64,000 nucleotides of DNA from Euprymna scolopes. Taxonomy: Eukaryota. A model generated the notes under the pieces. That model did not search any database, had not been told where the DNA came from, and was given only the letters and a program-made list of their open reading frames with translations. Both the position numbers and the translations under genes were made by a program. Location of the stretch: assembly GCA_053919585.1 (NCBI GenBank), contig CM132793.1. The stretch is one strand, 5' to 3'. Position 1 is the first letter of the stretch, and each line of letters starts with the position of its first letter. Below are positions 23,588-37,162 of this stretch, piece by piece.

Positions 23588-26446
23588 CACTTTTGTTTTT
23601 TTCTGTGGGTTTTTTCTTAACCGAATAAACGATTCCAAATAAATTAAACAACAGTAAATAAGTAAATTCTTTTTTAGATTAATATTAAAAAAAATATGCG
23701 GTCTCGTTTATGAACATAATAAACGCTTTAAAATAAGTGAAACCACTAAGAACTTAGCCAGTTAGGTAGAAAACGGACACTTAGAAAATCGATTTTATTT
23801 AAAAAAAAAAACATTAAACAAGAAAAAATATTTTGTTTAAATATTATGGGAGGCTATAGTCTATTTTAAAAAACAATATCTCCTTCAAGAACGATCATAA
23901 AATGTGTTTTCAATCGATATTTATTCAATACGGGACCAGTTTTCCTATCTAGCGAAAGGGGACGAGTTTTCCGGGGTCGAGTTTTCCGGAGACGAGTTTT
24001 CCCGAGACGAGTTTTCCCGGGACGAGTTTTCCTAAATTCATAGAAAATATTTGTTTATTAGTATTTATATTCACATCAGTAAAGAATCTATATAATAATA
24101 CGTCGATACACTCGTTTGAACAGATGTTATCACTGTTCACCCCACTTAAAAGAATGAGATGATCTTGTTAGGTCAAAGTTATCTCCCCTTTAATATATAT
24201 GTTTTCAGCATCAAAACCGAGGGTACTTATTAACACACGAGTTCTCTCCATGGTTGGAAATTTCAGAATGAGAATTCTCTTTCTGGCGTGATTTACAAAA
24301 CTGTCAAATATGTATGATCAACGTTCCTTTTGAGCTTTCTTTTTAAACTTTACGGAATTTGACTATGAGGTTATCTTTCTGTTTGAGTGATTCTTAAAAT
24401 ACTGGTCAAAGAACAAAAAAATTTTGTCTTACATTTTTCCTACACTGGGTAACTTGCCGGCACTAAATTCAATATAAATACAATATACATATTTAGTGTA
24501 TTTGCGCATATATTCAGTTTCATTTTTCTTGGCTGTGTGTGTGTGTTTTTTTTTCATTGTAATAGGCCAATTGTACTACTTGTTGAATAATAATAGTTGT
24601 GTCTTTAGTTTAATCCTAATATCTTGGTTATTTCTTTGCTTTACATGCATTTTAACTTTTTTTATGGTCATCTGTGACAAACTTTAAAAATTGAATTCAA
24701 CTGTTTCTTCTTGTATGCATTATTAACAATAGCATTCATTAATAATGCCGCCCACGTGGTTGTAAAACAAATTATTTCCAAGCAAATTATCAGCTAACGT
24801 GATGATATCGGAATATCAAATATTTACAGCCCAATCGGTGAGGATTAAATTAAGAAATATCTGGTGTCGTTAAATTAAAATCAAATGGATTTTACGCATT
24901 TCAAAATGGCTTGTTCGAAAAACACACATAAGATGTCATGAATAGAATTTTATCCTGATGCACTTAAAAGTGATGTCGTTTATTTTTAAAAGATATTTAA
25001 CTGACAATTATAATTATAGTAAGAAAGAGAATATTTTTTAATGTTAGAATATGCGTTTTATTGATCTGACAAGTGTGTTTTACAACTGTTGGATTTTCAT
25101 GGGGTTTTACGAATGAAGTAAATAATTAAACTTAAACTGTCAAGAGATTAATCAATAGTGAGTGATACGAGATGGTTTACTCTACTCTGATTTCACTATG
25201 GAGAAAATAGTTGTAAAATATGGGAATATCCACTCTTTTATTAAGTCTTTTTGACCAGAAAATAATTACAAATGGAATTTAGCAAAATGAATTTGCATTC
25301 TTTCATACAATTTTAAGGTGTTTAATTAGTTTGATGTACCTCTTTTCCCACCAAAACATGATGTGATATATAGTCAGCTTGGAGCATTCAGCTACCCATG
25401 AAGGGAGCATTCTATAAGTCATGTTTGAAAACATTTGCATTCCTTGATGAGAGTAACTAAGGTAACAAGCAATAAACCTATCCCCCCCCCCCCGAAAGGA
25501 AGAGACAAACCATTGGAGTATAGTCTCTTTAACAGAACAAAACATTTTAACGACCTCGACCCAAAGGTTACAATTGGCCTAAAAATGTTCAGGCAATTTG
25601 CCCGAAAGTTAATGTAATGAATCGGCCAGTGTTTAAACTTGGTTCATTGAGCTCGCTGTCTGCCTTGATAAGGGTTACGCCCCAGACATTTAAACAAAAA
25701 CCAGTATTTTTGCAATAAAAGAATGAAATCATTATTACAATGTAAATGGTACAACTAACAGTTAAAAAAACATAGCTCTCAGGGGAAAAAATTAATTTAC
25801 AAAAAAAAAAAAAAGAAAAAAGAAAAAAAATCTTTCTTTTTTTGGCTGATACATTTTAGGCATTTTTTCCACTTCAGATCAAATATATTTTTGGCACCAA
25901 AAAGATTCCTTTGAAATTGAACTTCTCCAAAGAAAAGTTACATTGATTTATGCAATTCCATGCAACAAATGCATCAAAATGAGATCTTTGCAGTGAGTAA
26001 AAAAGGCAAATAACAAAATGGAAAAGAGAAAATAAAATAATAGAAAACGTTAACAGTTGGTTTAAAAATTCCGGCAAGATGATTGGATTTGTCAAAAATG
26101 ATTTAGAGAAAAATGGATTAGAAATGTTTATCAGATTTCTGACATTCAGTCACATTAATAAGAAAACAAGTTAATGAAAGCCAAAAAAATGACAAACTAT
26201 TATTTAAAATGTGCATGAAAATATATTAAAACCATAAATTTGTCAAAGTAATTAATTGCATACTGTAATGTTTCATTTTGAATCCAAAGATCTTTTAGAT
26301 AAAATGTTGGCTGTAGGTGTTGGTTACTCAAAAGTTTCTATTTTCTAATCGGACGGATATATGTAGTTACTAGCTAATTTCATATATGAACCATTAAAAC
26401 AAATTTTTTTTTTTCACTTATTAGTTTCATGTGACATTTTTACTTA

Positions 26447-26512
<66 letters not shown>

Positions 26513-26514
<2 letters not shown>

Positions 26515-26580
26515 CATAGGCGTCACCACTCATCAAGGCCCAGAGGCCACTGGAGGATAAGGGATAAAGAGTGTACAGTA

Positions 26581-26583
<3 letters not shown>
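26513..26583 (-). mobile_element. Extremely 5'-truncated LINE 3' end inside a (TA)n tract
   Basis: TCAAGGCCCAGAGGCCACTGGAGGATAAGGG matches the 3' UTR attached to the LINE ORF end at 62085-62460. Confidence 0.65.
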
Positions 26584-26620
<37 letters not shown>

Positions 26621-28654
26621 TCATATGTTATATCTTAAAAGTACATGTTGTTTACGTTTCTTTTACAATTACTGCAGCCTTGTTCATGACATTAAACTTT
26701 CTTCGATACTCTCAAACAAGATGTTTTCAATTGAACACGCACCCCACCATCCCAAAATCCATCTTTCCAGATATTTCGACACTCTTTATTAAAGAAAATT
26801 TTTTGTAGTTAATGTCAAAATTTTTTCTGAGTGTTTTGGGCAAAGTATTTTATTTTATTAAAAAACACTGACGTGTTTGAAGAGGAGAAATCTGAAGATA
26901 ATTGAAGTCATCAAAAGTTTTTGGGATCTCTATTAGGTTTTATAAATAACAAATTTGTAAAAACGCCTCCGCTCTATAGTTTTATAAGGAAGTAGAAAAA
27001 TAGTCGTTACAGGACAAATAAAATCAATTCATTTAACATGACACTTTTATGTGCCGTTATAAAGATTAAAATCAATACATAGTGATACTGCACCTTATGC
27101 CTAGAATACTTATTCCAATTTATATCAAAATCCATGACAGGGTTTTCATACTAAAAAATGTAGGAAATTTAAGGCCTAAGCTTAAAGGGTGTTAATACGA
27201 AATTGAAATTCAGGAAATTAGTTTATTTCATGTCTAATGACTATGAATTAAACTAAATGCACACCTGAAGTATTTGAATTGCAAATGAGATGCTGTGTCC
27301 ATATTATGCCATGTAAAACCTCTTTAAAATACTCGAAATACATTGAAATTTTGGGAATATTTATTAATTTATATCTAATTCTTATTGTTAGAATTTCACA
27401 AAATTTGTAGGTATATAAATTGTTATGAAGCACTCTTTGCCATAAAACTAAATAAACTTAATGTACTCCCTCGCACATAGCAGTTGTGTTTCAAAATTGA
27501 TAATGATCTGTTAATTAGTTTAGGAGTTAATTCTGTACATACGAATATATAAACATATAAAACACCTAACCTTATATAGAAATAACTTTGTCATAATAAC
27601 TGGACTTTGTAGAGACTTTGGATTAGTAGTTAGTAATTGGGTATCTCAACATCATGTAATATTTCATATATTTTCTATTGTGTTATGTATTTATAATTAT
27701 TATAAACGATATCAAAATAAGAAAATACTTTGATGGTTCTATAATTTTGTTTAGTTTAATCTTCTGTTTGATTTTCATATCTTTACGGGAGCCTTTGATT
27801 TGTCATATTCATTTTTGGATTGTCCTGTTGTTTAGTTAATAAGGAATATTATAACAGCAAGAACTGTCGTTAAATGGATCCAGTACTACTTTTATCATGT
27901 CGCTCACTTACGTTCACATAACATATTATAAAGCATTGCGATGGACGTGCCTACAAGAGGAATCGTGCATATCAGTATTGTTCAATAATTATTGAAGGAA
28001 TGACTACTGGAAATAGTTAACAGGCAACTTGAAGAGCATTTATTTCCTCTTGACGGTATTTATAAAGATTGCCCTGTCATGAACGTTATTTATTTTCTTC
28101 TTCAAACATGGCACAAAGTCTTTTTTAAAGAGCATTTTCTTTGCTACACTAACTGAAACGGTTTACTCATTGATAATTACATTATACTGAATAACACATA
28201 TTCTCGTGTTTGATGCACTGTGTTGTTTATAATAAACTAAACAACAAGAAACAACAATGATCGTATCGATTTAATAAATATTACTTAGCAGTAATAAGCT
28301 TTTAGCAACAAAATGAGGGGGCACCACAAATTAGAAGACTGGATGGCATCACATGGGCTTGAAACCACGTATGGAAAAAGAACAATAATTAAATGAAAGA
28401 ATTAATTTGAAGAAAAATAAGGAAGCAAAAGCAATCCTATGTTCCTGACGTTTATAGGCCAAAAACAATGGGCAGTAGAGTAAATATTGCTTTGGAAAAG
28501 AATGTGAGGAAAATGGGTCGAAGATTTGAAACAAATAAAAAAGTCAGTCAGTATAGCTTAAGGGTTATCTTGAATTTATTCAGGGAGTAGATTACTAATT
28601 GGTTATTTAAGTCATGTGACACTGAAGATTATGTGAAAATAATTTTAGTTATGG

Positions 28655-28719
<65 letters not shown>

Positions 28720-30778
28720 CTAGCAGAAGTACTCGTCGTTGACTGAGTTCAAAAACAGCCTACAGAAAATGGACTGTGATTGATGACAGTATGTTATGTT
28801 ATAGAAAGGATGGGGTTATAAAGAGATAGGTTTTGATACTCAAAAATTTTACCCTGAGCAAAATATAATGAAAATAAAGATAATTTTCGCGAAAATATAT
28901 TTTTTATATCAACTTTGTTTCCATTCGTAGCCAAGAGTGACCAACAAAATGATGTTTCCTTACAAAGAGAAAATGTTATATATATATATATATAATAATA
29001 ATATAAAGCAGAAAAGCCAACAAACGACTACTCGAAAAAATAAATATACAAGAAATAAATGTTACCATAGTCAATAAAAGTTACTTTTATGGTAGAAAAG
29101 TTCATTGGTTTGTATTTTTAAGTAGTTTGTAAAAACAATTTTTTTAAATTCACGAACCGGTTTAAAAAAAATCAAAATGGCAGCGACTTTGAAATGGAGA
29201 GCCTCGTTTTCAATTTGAAAGCGGGGCACCTGAGCATTCTGTGTTAGCAATTTAAGAGAGTTCCTTCAACGTAAGGAATATTTATAAACATATTTTAATG
29301 TTTTCCGTTATTTTGTGCTTGAGGAATATTCGATTATGGCATGTGTAGTTTATATAAAAATTCATTTAAGTAGTTATCGCCTCAAATTTCGTTTTAATTT
29401 CGGTTCGCCGACATTAGTTCAAGTATAGAGCATTAAAAACTATTTCAAAACAAAAAAAAACATGAATTGAACTTCTATTGACTATGGTAACATTTATTTC
29501 TTGTATATTTATTTTTTCGAGTAATCGTTTGTTGGCTTTTCTGCTAAAACACTCTTACTAAATAAAATCGACGAAATATCGAAAAACAAAGAAACATAAA
29601 CAGTTTTGAAAAATAATGAAGCTTTACTTACTTTAGTAAAATAAACCGAAACAGCAAAATGGGATATTAAAAAAGTAAACACGGAATTACTTTAGTTTTT
29701 TAAAGCAAAGAATCGATATAAATATGAATAAGAAGAAAATGGCGGCCTTTTCAAGCAGAACAGCTTTGTTTCAGTTTTACAGTATTGAACGGTGTAGTAT
29801 TGCGCCGTCGGATTCAGGGTTGTACTATTGTAATGTAAAGAACACGCAGAAAGGGTTGTAATCAACTGAATTCCTAGTATACTGAAAAAAAGCTTAAACA
29901 GATATATAAATAAAAATAAAATGTTTATGTAAATGTTTTAAAAAGACAGGTAATCACGTGAGCAGGATTTTTTCTTTCTTTTGACACGATAACAAGTAAC
30001 GTTCTTATTTTTATTATTTATCTATTTATCTATTTTCGAAAGAGTGTCACGTGCAAGTGGAGAAGGAAAAAAAACAAAGTTATGCAAAATTTGTGTCGAG
30101 AATTGTCTAAAGTTCCGACTTTTTCTTTTTTTTTTTGCTTTCACTTTAATAAGAACGTGAATTTATAAGGTGGATCTATTCGACACAATATGATTCAACT
30201 CAAAAAAATAAATAAAAGCTAACGTGAATTAAGATTAAAGTTAAGGTGTTATTGTGGGCCCTCACTCCTTTTAAAAACCTTGTTAAACTTTGTGACATAT
30301 TTACATTCTATGAAGTGCAGGTGCGAACGAACACCCAATAATTTTATTATACCATATTTCTTCAAACTGAAACATAATTATCAAAGTATACTTACGCAGA
30401 TAGATATGAAAAGTCTTTATTAAAGTTTGTGCCTATTTCCATTCTATGGAGGCCAGGCGCGAACGCAGACCCCACAATTTTGTTATACCATCCCTATTTA
30501 AGTTGAAACATACTTATCAAAGTATTCTTATGTACATCTATATCAAAAACCCTTGTAAACGTTTATTTATTTCATTTTTTATTTCCATACTTTGGAGGCC
30601 AAGCGCGAAAGCAGACCCCACAATTTGACTGAACCACCGTTCTGCCAGATCAGACATACCCATTCATGTGTCTCGATACATCTTCTATCATTATATGTAA
30701 TCAGTTTTTTTTTTAAATAGTCAACCATATAGGAGCCTATTCGTGACCACACACACACGTTCAGCTTTATATTATAGA
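28720..30778 (-). mobile_element. Helitron-like element(s) with ~140-bp internal tandem repeats
   Basis: Minus-strand 5' A|TCTAATATATAAAGCTG(TG)n at 30778; 3' hairpin and CTAG|T at 28720; three GCGAA..ACCC..AATTT units at 30310-30630; joining the two ends into one element is inferred. Confidence 0.55.
29007..29545. mobile_element. MITE-like element with 76-bp inverted arms
   Basis: 29007-29082 versus 29470-29545 near-perfect reverse complement; no TSD seen. Confidence 0.7.
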
Positions 30779-30944
30779 TATATATATATATGTGTGTGTG
30801 TGTTTTATTGTTTTCTAGAGGTTAAGTAACCAATTAAGTTTAACGAGGTTAATATAAGACTGCTCAATACCAGAGTAGAGCAGGGTATACACTGTATTTA
30901 TTAAGTAGTAGTATGTTTACTGCTTATGTAAAAATAAAGTGTGC

Positions 30945-30980
<36 letters not shown>

Positions 30981-31029
30981 TTAGCGTTAACGTTATATAT
31001 TTAATATAAACGTATATGTGAAATGTAGC

Positions 31030-31400
31030 TTATGTCGACATTCAAAAAACAGTTCAATAAAAAAAATAATAGTTCGGTAAACAGACTACTAAACACAAGT
31101 CGACATCGATTGATACTTGACTTGAAACTGAAATTAACTCCTTCCTCCGAAGGAAAACGCCATAACGGGAAGTTATATTTTCTTAGTATAACATTTATTT
31201 ACTTTTGTGGAATTCCCTCTGAGTTGAATGCATTTCACTGTTGTTTCTACATCGCTCTAATTAGTTACGAATGTTTCCATGACTGACGGACAAATCAACT
31301 TCACTCCTCTGGCGGACTGCTTAACTCTTATCGTTTAACTCTTTCTAACTCTTTCGTTTCTTGTGATTATATCATCTCTCTTTCTTTTTTTTATTCTTTG
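31030..31400 (+). pseudogene. CR1/L2-type LINE 3' remnant
   Basis: ITFIYFCGIPSEL resembles the FYRYF.G.CS.EL C-terminal region of these LINEs. Confidence 0.4.
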
Positions 31401-32248
31401 ACATCAGATCCAGGTCACTCATTTTTTAGTAACTATAATTCTATTTTTTTTTTTTTTTTTAACTAAATATTCCAATTGTATATTATTAAAAGAAAAAAAC
31501 TTTAAACATTTTATTCTTTTACATATTTATCTGGCTAAAATATTTGAACCGGCAAATATTTTATTGCCACTTTAAAAATCGGCTACAATAACATTTAGAC
31601 ATTCTGCAGCACCACCCCTTGCTTCCTCGTTCCATCTGGTCACTTGCCACTATCTCGGGAGTCCAATATTTAACACATTTTCTTTATTTTATTTATAAAT
31701 TAAAAGTTAAAAATAATCGAAATTATAAATAAAATTAGAGATATAGGATTCAGGACTGGGAGCATGAGTACACGAGTGTCTTCATCCATTTCTGGGAGAT
31801 GGTTGGAATGTAAGCTGGCAATAAATAAAAGTGTTGATATGCTGTATTACAAATGCAATAAATTAAAATTGCTTTCAAATCTTACAATCTAAATGTGTCA
31901 TATCAACGGTAATGTCGACTTTTTTGCGGATCTGTTGACGGTCAAGAGACTCTAAATTAGAGTAGAGAGTTAATAAATCCTGTTTAATTATCAAGAACTG
32001 GTATACATTTAGCTATATTTTTAAATAAACAAAATTGTAATTCGAATCAATAATAAAACAATTTAAAAAATAATTTGAAAATTGCAAAAATAAAATAATA
32101 CACAATTTATTTTTTTTTAAATTATAATTTCAAATATATTTCATATTCTAAGAAGGAATACACTTTCATTTAATTATTTCTATGCACACTGCCAGCGTCA
32201 CATGCCGATATTCAGCAAAATGAACATCAAAATAAAAGTGAAGAGACT

Positions 32249-32277
32249 CCCGGGTAACGCCGGTTACGCACAACTAG
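32249..32277 (+). mobile_element. Helitron 3' terminus
   Basis: CCCGGGTAACGCCGG..CAACTAG|T. Confidence 0.6.
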
Positions 32278-34429
32278 TTCATTATGACGGACTATGCATT
32301 TTTACTGATCGTTTAAGAGAAAAAAATGAGAAATGTGATGCAGAAAACTAAATATAAATGAACACTTGTGATTAAACAAGTGTAACAGGAAAAATAATAA
32401 TGGAGTGAATGTTAAGGGTGAAAATAATATTAATATGTTTAAATGGAAAAGGAAATTGGATATTTATTTTGAAATATTTTAATCTTAATAAGAAAGATTT
32501 ATCTCATTCCGATAAGAAATTGTACATTGTGATGGATTTTTCTTTTTATGTAAGATAAACTCATGATTCACTTCCTTCTTATTAGATTAAATTCCTCTCC
32601 GGAAATGATAACAGATCGACGATAAGTTCATAGAAATACAGAAATGTCATAAAAGAAAATTAAAAGAAATCAACGTGTGTAATCTTTTTAAACATTTAAT
32701 TATTTTTTTATGCTAGACATATTTGAGGTTGCAAAATTATTTTCTTTTAAAGTAAAATTTATATCTATAGTTGTATTATAGATGGCTTTAAATCGATGGA
32801 AGATAACATATTGTTATTATTTAGCACTAACAAAAAAGAACTATCCACCCTCTAAGCCAAAATTAATCTAGGTGTACCGTTTCTTTTTTAAAGAAAAATA
32901 AAGTAACAATTTTCATTTTATATTTTTGGTAATTTATAGAAAAACAACTAAACTTGTTATGGGGTTAAATTGTAATAAGAACGAAGGAACACAGGATTTT
33001 TAGGAACGAAACATGTATTCACATAATTTACAGGCAAATTGAGTTGAGTATACCATTGCAACCGACCAGCTTGGTTGGGTGCCAATCTCAGACTGCTGGG
33101 CATCGGTTCTCGATACTGGAAGTAACGTCACGAGATAGTCCATTAATCCCATGGAGGGGCGTCTTTAACAAAAAGATAACTAAATAGAAGCGGCTTGGCC
33201 ACATCTTTGAAAACATTTATTTTTTTAAGGTTTATGTGAAAATAAACAAAGAAACATTATATAAGTTTTTTTATAACTAAATAAATAAAATCATTTTTTC
33301 TGAAACTTTCATTGTAAGTCACCTTTGTCAATGAAGACTTGTTTGTGTGTTCTCTTTGTTTTGCTGGTAGTATAAACCCCCAAATGAAGAGAGAAAAGTA
33401 TATGTACAATATTGATATGGTTGTTATAAGGTCTGAAGTCGATGTGTTTGCGTGGTTAGTGTGAATTTTAAATAGAAGAAGCTTGGTTACATCTTTGAAA
33501 ACATTAACTTGAAAATTTTACCAAACCAAATAATGTTATAAAATATTTTAGTAATTGATTAAAATAATTTTTTCTGAGACACCTTTTAAAGAAAAAGATT
33601 GTGTTGTTTTTCTTTTCATTTTTCTAATAATCATAACAATAATCATGGCGTTAATGATGTATTGCAATGTTGAAATTTATTCGATCTGACTATAGCAAGA
33701 TTTTATTAATTAAAAAAAATAACACACATGTGATTTTCTAAGTCTTTTTCATCTGCAAAGTCGAAAATTTTGATTTTGTACGGGGGTAAAAGTGAAAATA
33801 AATTCTCCAATTAAAAATTACTTATATAATGAAATGAACGAACAAAAAAAGCAGAACGTCTTTTAATAGAATGAACTAAAATAATAACATATTGCTGAGT
33901 AATTTTTGCCTTATTAAACATAGAAAAAAATTAAAACCTAACATTTTTCAAAAAATCAATCTATATTGTTTTTGTAATTTAGAAAGATGGAAAAAGAGTG
34001 GGGTTGTCGTTTTCATTTTTCACGGCAGATGTATTGGTTTTTATTATTTTTATCATCATCATCATCATCATCATTACGGAATAAAATAAATAATTATTAA
34101 GTAAAATTTAGTTATAAAAGTAAATACATCTAGTTAAGTATGAAAAGAAAACTTTGTTCGCCATTGCACCTAATATAGAGTTTATTTTTTAGAAGAAATT
34201 ATTTCATATTAACCTAAGCTGTTGGTGTGTGTAAAGGTACACGTATGTAAATATCCCTGTGTAAACTTCATCAGAAGTTGTCAGTTGAATTTTGAGTTTT
34301 CATTTTGGAATTTTGTTCTTTTTTCCATTAAATAACTCTAATAATATTCTTACTACTATCACTTTTAATAGCAGCAAAATTGTTGCGTATGTGCATGCAT
34401 GCGTGCATGCAGCAGCCCTGCTATTTTAA

Positions 34430-34702
34430 CAGTGTTGGCGACCACGGCTCTCCAAATTATAGAACCACGATAATCTTGGGAAGAAAAAAAGCGGTAGTTT
34501 CCCGTTGCTTTCCATCTTGATTCGGGGGTGTATCTCTCGTTGTGAGTTAAATGCGCGCCCAGATACCCACCTGAGAATTTCTATGACTCAGCGTGGTGCC
34601 TTGCCTTCTTAAAATAGTCACCCATCTGATACTGGCCAGGCTTATCATTGCTTAACTTTGGTAATCTGGCGAGAATCGGTGTGTCAATGTGATTGTGCTG
34701 TA
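34430..34702 (-). mobile_element. 5S rRNA-derived SINE (SINE3-like)
   Basis: Minus strand 34702-34596 reads ACACCGATTCTCG..AAGTTAAGCAA..CTGGCCAGTATCAGATGGGTGAC, colinear with 5S rRNA but diverged, followed by a non-5S body. Confidence 0.7.
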
Positions 34703-34741
34703 TATAGATATCCATAAATAGGAAAATAAAATTATAAATAA

Positions 34742-35286
34742 CTAGCTGTAACTGGCCACGCGTTGCTGTGGCTTATTGGAAATGAAAAAAAAAAAATGCT
34801 GACGGTTACGGAAATGCCCCTCCCCTCTCTGAAATCCACACAGGACACCTGGTTTCTCTTTTATCACCTTAATCTCATCGATTACAAACATAACACTCAT
34901 GAGTTAAAAAAGAAGAAGAAATTTTTTAAAAAGATTATTTTTATGATTTTTATCGTTGAATCTGACGGGTTGGTTTGTTTTTTTTTTGCGGTAAATGTGA
35001 CAACGAAAATAACCTGGCCCAATCACTGCAAATAAAATACTATAGTAGTAGTAGTAGTAGTAGTAGTAATAGTAGTAGTAGCAGTAGTAATTAAACAAAT
35101 AAATAAATTACGTTTCATTTCATTTAGAGTTTCCGGCCTGGTCTTTAAGTTTGATGCCCATCAAACTTAAAGACCAGGCCGGAAACTCTAAATGAAATGA
35201 AACGTAATTTTTTTATTTAAAGACCAGGCCGGAAACTCTAAATGAAATGAAACGTAATTTTTTTTATTAATTTATTTATTTGTTTA

Positions 35287-35319
<33 letters not shown>

Positions 35320-36627
35320 GTTGTTGTTGTTGTCTTCTTCTTTCTTTTTTGCTTCTTCGCGCATTTACCAGAAAAGTACGAATTATTATTTCACTATCCT
35401 TCTTACTGAAACAAAATTGTTATTTCTAGTATTTTTTCCATGTGTACCTGATCGAATTACTATTTCGGGTTCTCCCGACCATTTTGTCTCCCAATTTTTT
35501 TCTTCTGCAAAAATTTTGATCATGTGATTATGGTGCAGCAACAATAAAATAAACCATTCATTTAAGTGCCGCTTGTTATTAATTTAGCTGAATACGATAT
35601 TAAAAATCATTTTAATAGTACTTACGCACTTTTGTTGTTGGCTGGCGGGTGTTTTGTAACTATTCTGTACTTTCACCTTACAATAATGCTGGAATTTCAT
35701 GTTCATATAACAAATACATATGTACAAAAAAAACACACAGCTGCGCGCGCACACACACACACACATACTCAGGGCAAACACGCACACAAGCAAAAATAAG
35801 CAAACGCGCATATGTGTATAAATGCCAATACGCGTGGACAAGTTTATGCGGCTTAATTAGTTTTATGGTACACACACACTTGAGCACACTCCCGCTCACA
35901 AAGATGCACTAAATCAAACAAACACACACACACACGCACATATATGTGTATAAATAAAAACATGTGTGCGGAAGTTTATGCGGCCTATTAGTTTAATGGC
36001 ACACACGCACATACACACAGCAACGCTGCATTGTTTTTTAATGTGTAAATACATGGGTAATGCGTTGTCAGAGTATTTAATGCCATAAGTAATAAGCCAG
36101 AAGGTTTCCCTTTTGTATGTATGTAATATGTAGAGGCCACATTGAAATATAAGTAAGCATTCGGTTTTGAAGCTGATATCATTAATCTTGAATGTAGGAA
36201 TGCTTAGAGTTCAGCCAATTGAAACACAGGGAATACAGAAAGGGAGACCTCATTAATTGTATAGATGTAAAGTGTTAAGAGTATGCGATGTGTATGAATT
36301 CAGTAGCCAGTTAATGGCGGCGTAGACACAAGAAAATAGGAAAAAGTATAAATTCATGCAATGAAGAATGGGGCCGTAAGAGGACTTATGGAATAGGGGA
36401 AAAATAGGAACTACTTACCTTAAAAGTAATGTCGATAGTGATGATGTCGCTCATAGGATGTAATGTACGGTTTTATTATGAAGCCTAAATATGTCTGTAA
36501 TGAAGTTACAGAATGTAGTGGCTAATAGTTTCGACATAATAGATTTGCATGTGGCATCTGTTGTTGCAAACCTACGGTATTTTGGTGCAGAGAGGAAAAA
36601 CTGTGCCGCTTTTCTTATATATAGGGA
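34742..36627 (-). mobile_element. Non-autonomous Helitron with internal palindrome and (CA)n subrepeats
   Basis: Minus-strand A|TCCCTATATA 5' end at 36627; GCCACAGCAACGCGTGGC hairpin and CTAG|T at 34742. Confidence 0.75.
35043..35319. repeat. Perfect hairpin with microsatellite outer arms
   Basis: 35105-35156 is the exact reverse complement of 35159-35210 (2-nt loop); right arm partly duplicated; (TAG)n and (CTA)n outer arms. Confidence 0.9.
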
Positions 36628-36696
36628 TATTAGAAAGAAAGTGCTTTTTATTAAATAACTTTAATCCGCACAACTGCTATTAATATTAACAAAACG

Positions 36697-36759
<63 letters not shown>

Positions 36760-36762
<3 letters not shown>

Positions 36763-37162
36763 TATTATTTTATGTTGTTACACAATTAAAATCATGTTTC
36801 GGTTCGATTAGTCACGGCAGCAATAACCAACCGACTCTCATCAGACGACAGAAGAAAAGCTTTTATCCTTATTTAAAAAAAGGCATGTTCTACAATGAAG
36901 ACAAAAAAAAATCATACAAAAATTGAAGGTGAGAAATTCACGTCTTAAAACTACGAAAAAGACAAATAAGAGAGAAAAAGAGAAGGGAAAGAAAACAAGT
37001 TGGCCAATAGACGTCACCCAATGTTTGTTTTTCAGATTAAATCCATTTTTGAAAAAAGGATAAAAAGTTTTTCCTTCGCTTAATGAGAGTCGGTTGTTTA
37101 TTGTTATAATCAATTGGATCGAAACATGATTTTAATTATGTAGCGACACTAAAATAATGTTC
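36760..37162. mobile_element. MITE-like element with ~80-bp imperfect TIRs
   Basis: AATTAAAATCATGTTTCG..AACCGACTCTCAT versus ATGAGAGTCGGTT..CGAAACATGATTTTAATT. Confidence 0.7.

Larger units (their letters stand above)
20524..24039. mobile_element. Mutator-like foldback element, family A copy 2 (outer, interior inverted)
   Basis: Exact 9-bp TSD ATAGAAAAT (20515-20523, 24040-24048); caps GGTGCCC and GAATTTA; 4+5 array units. Confidence 0.9.

Noticed and set aside
34596-34702. Functional 5S rRNA gene
   Set aside because: Many substitutions, no T-run terminator at the expected end, single dispersed copy joined to other sequence
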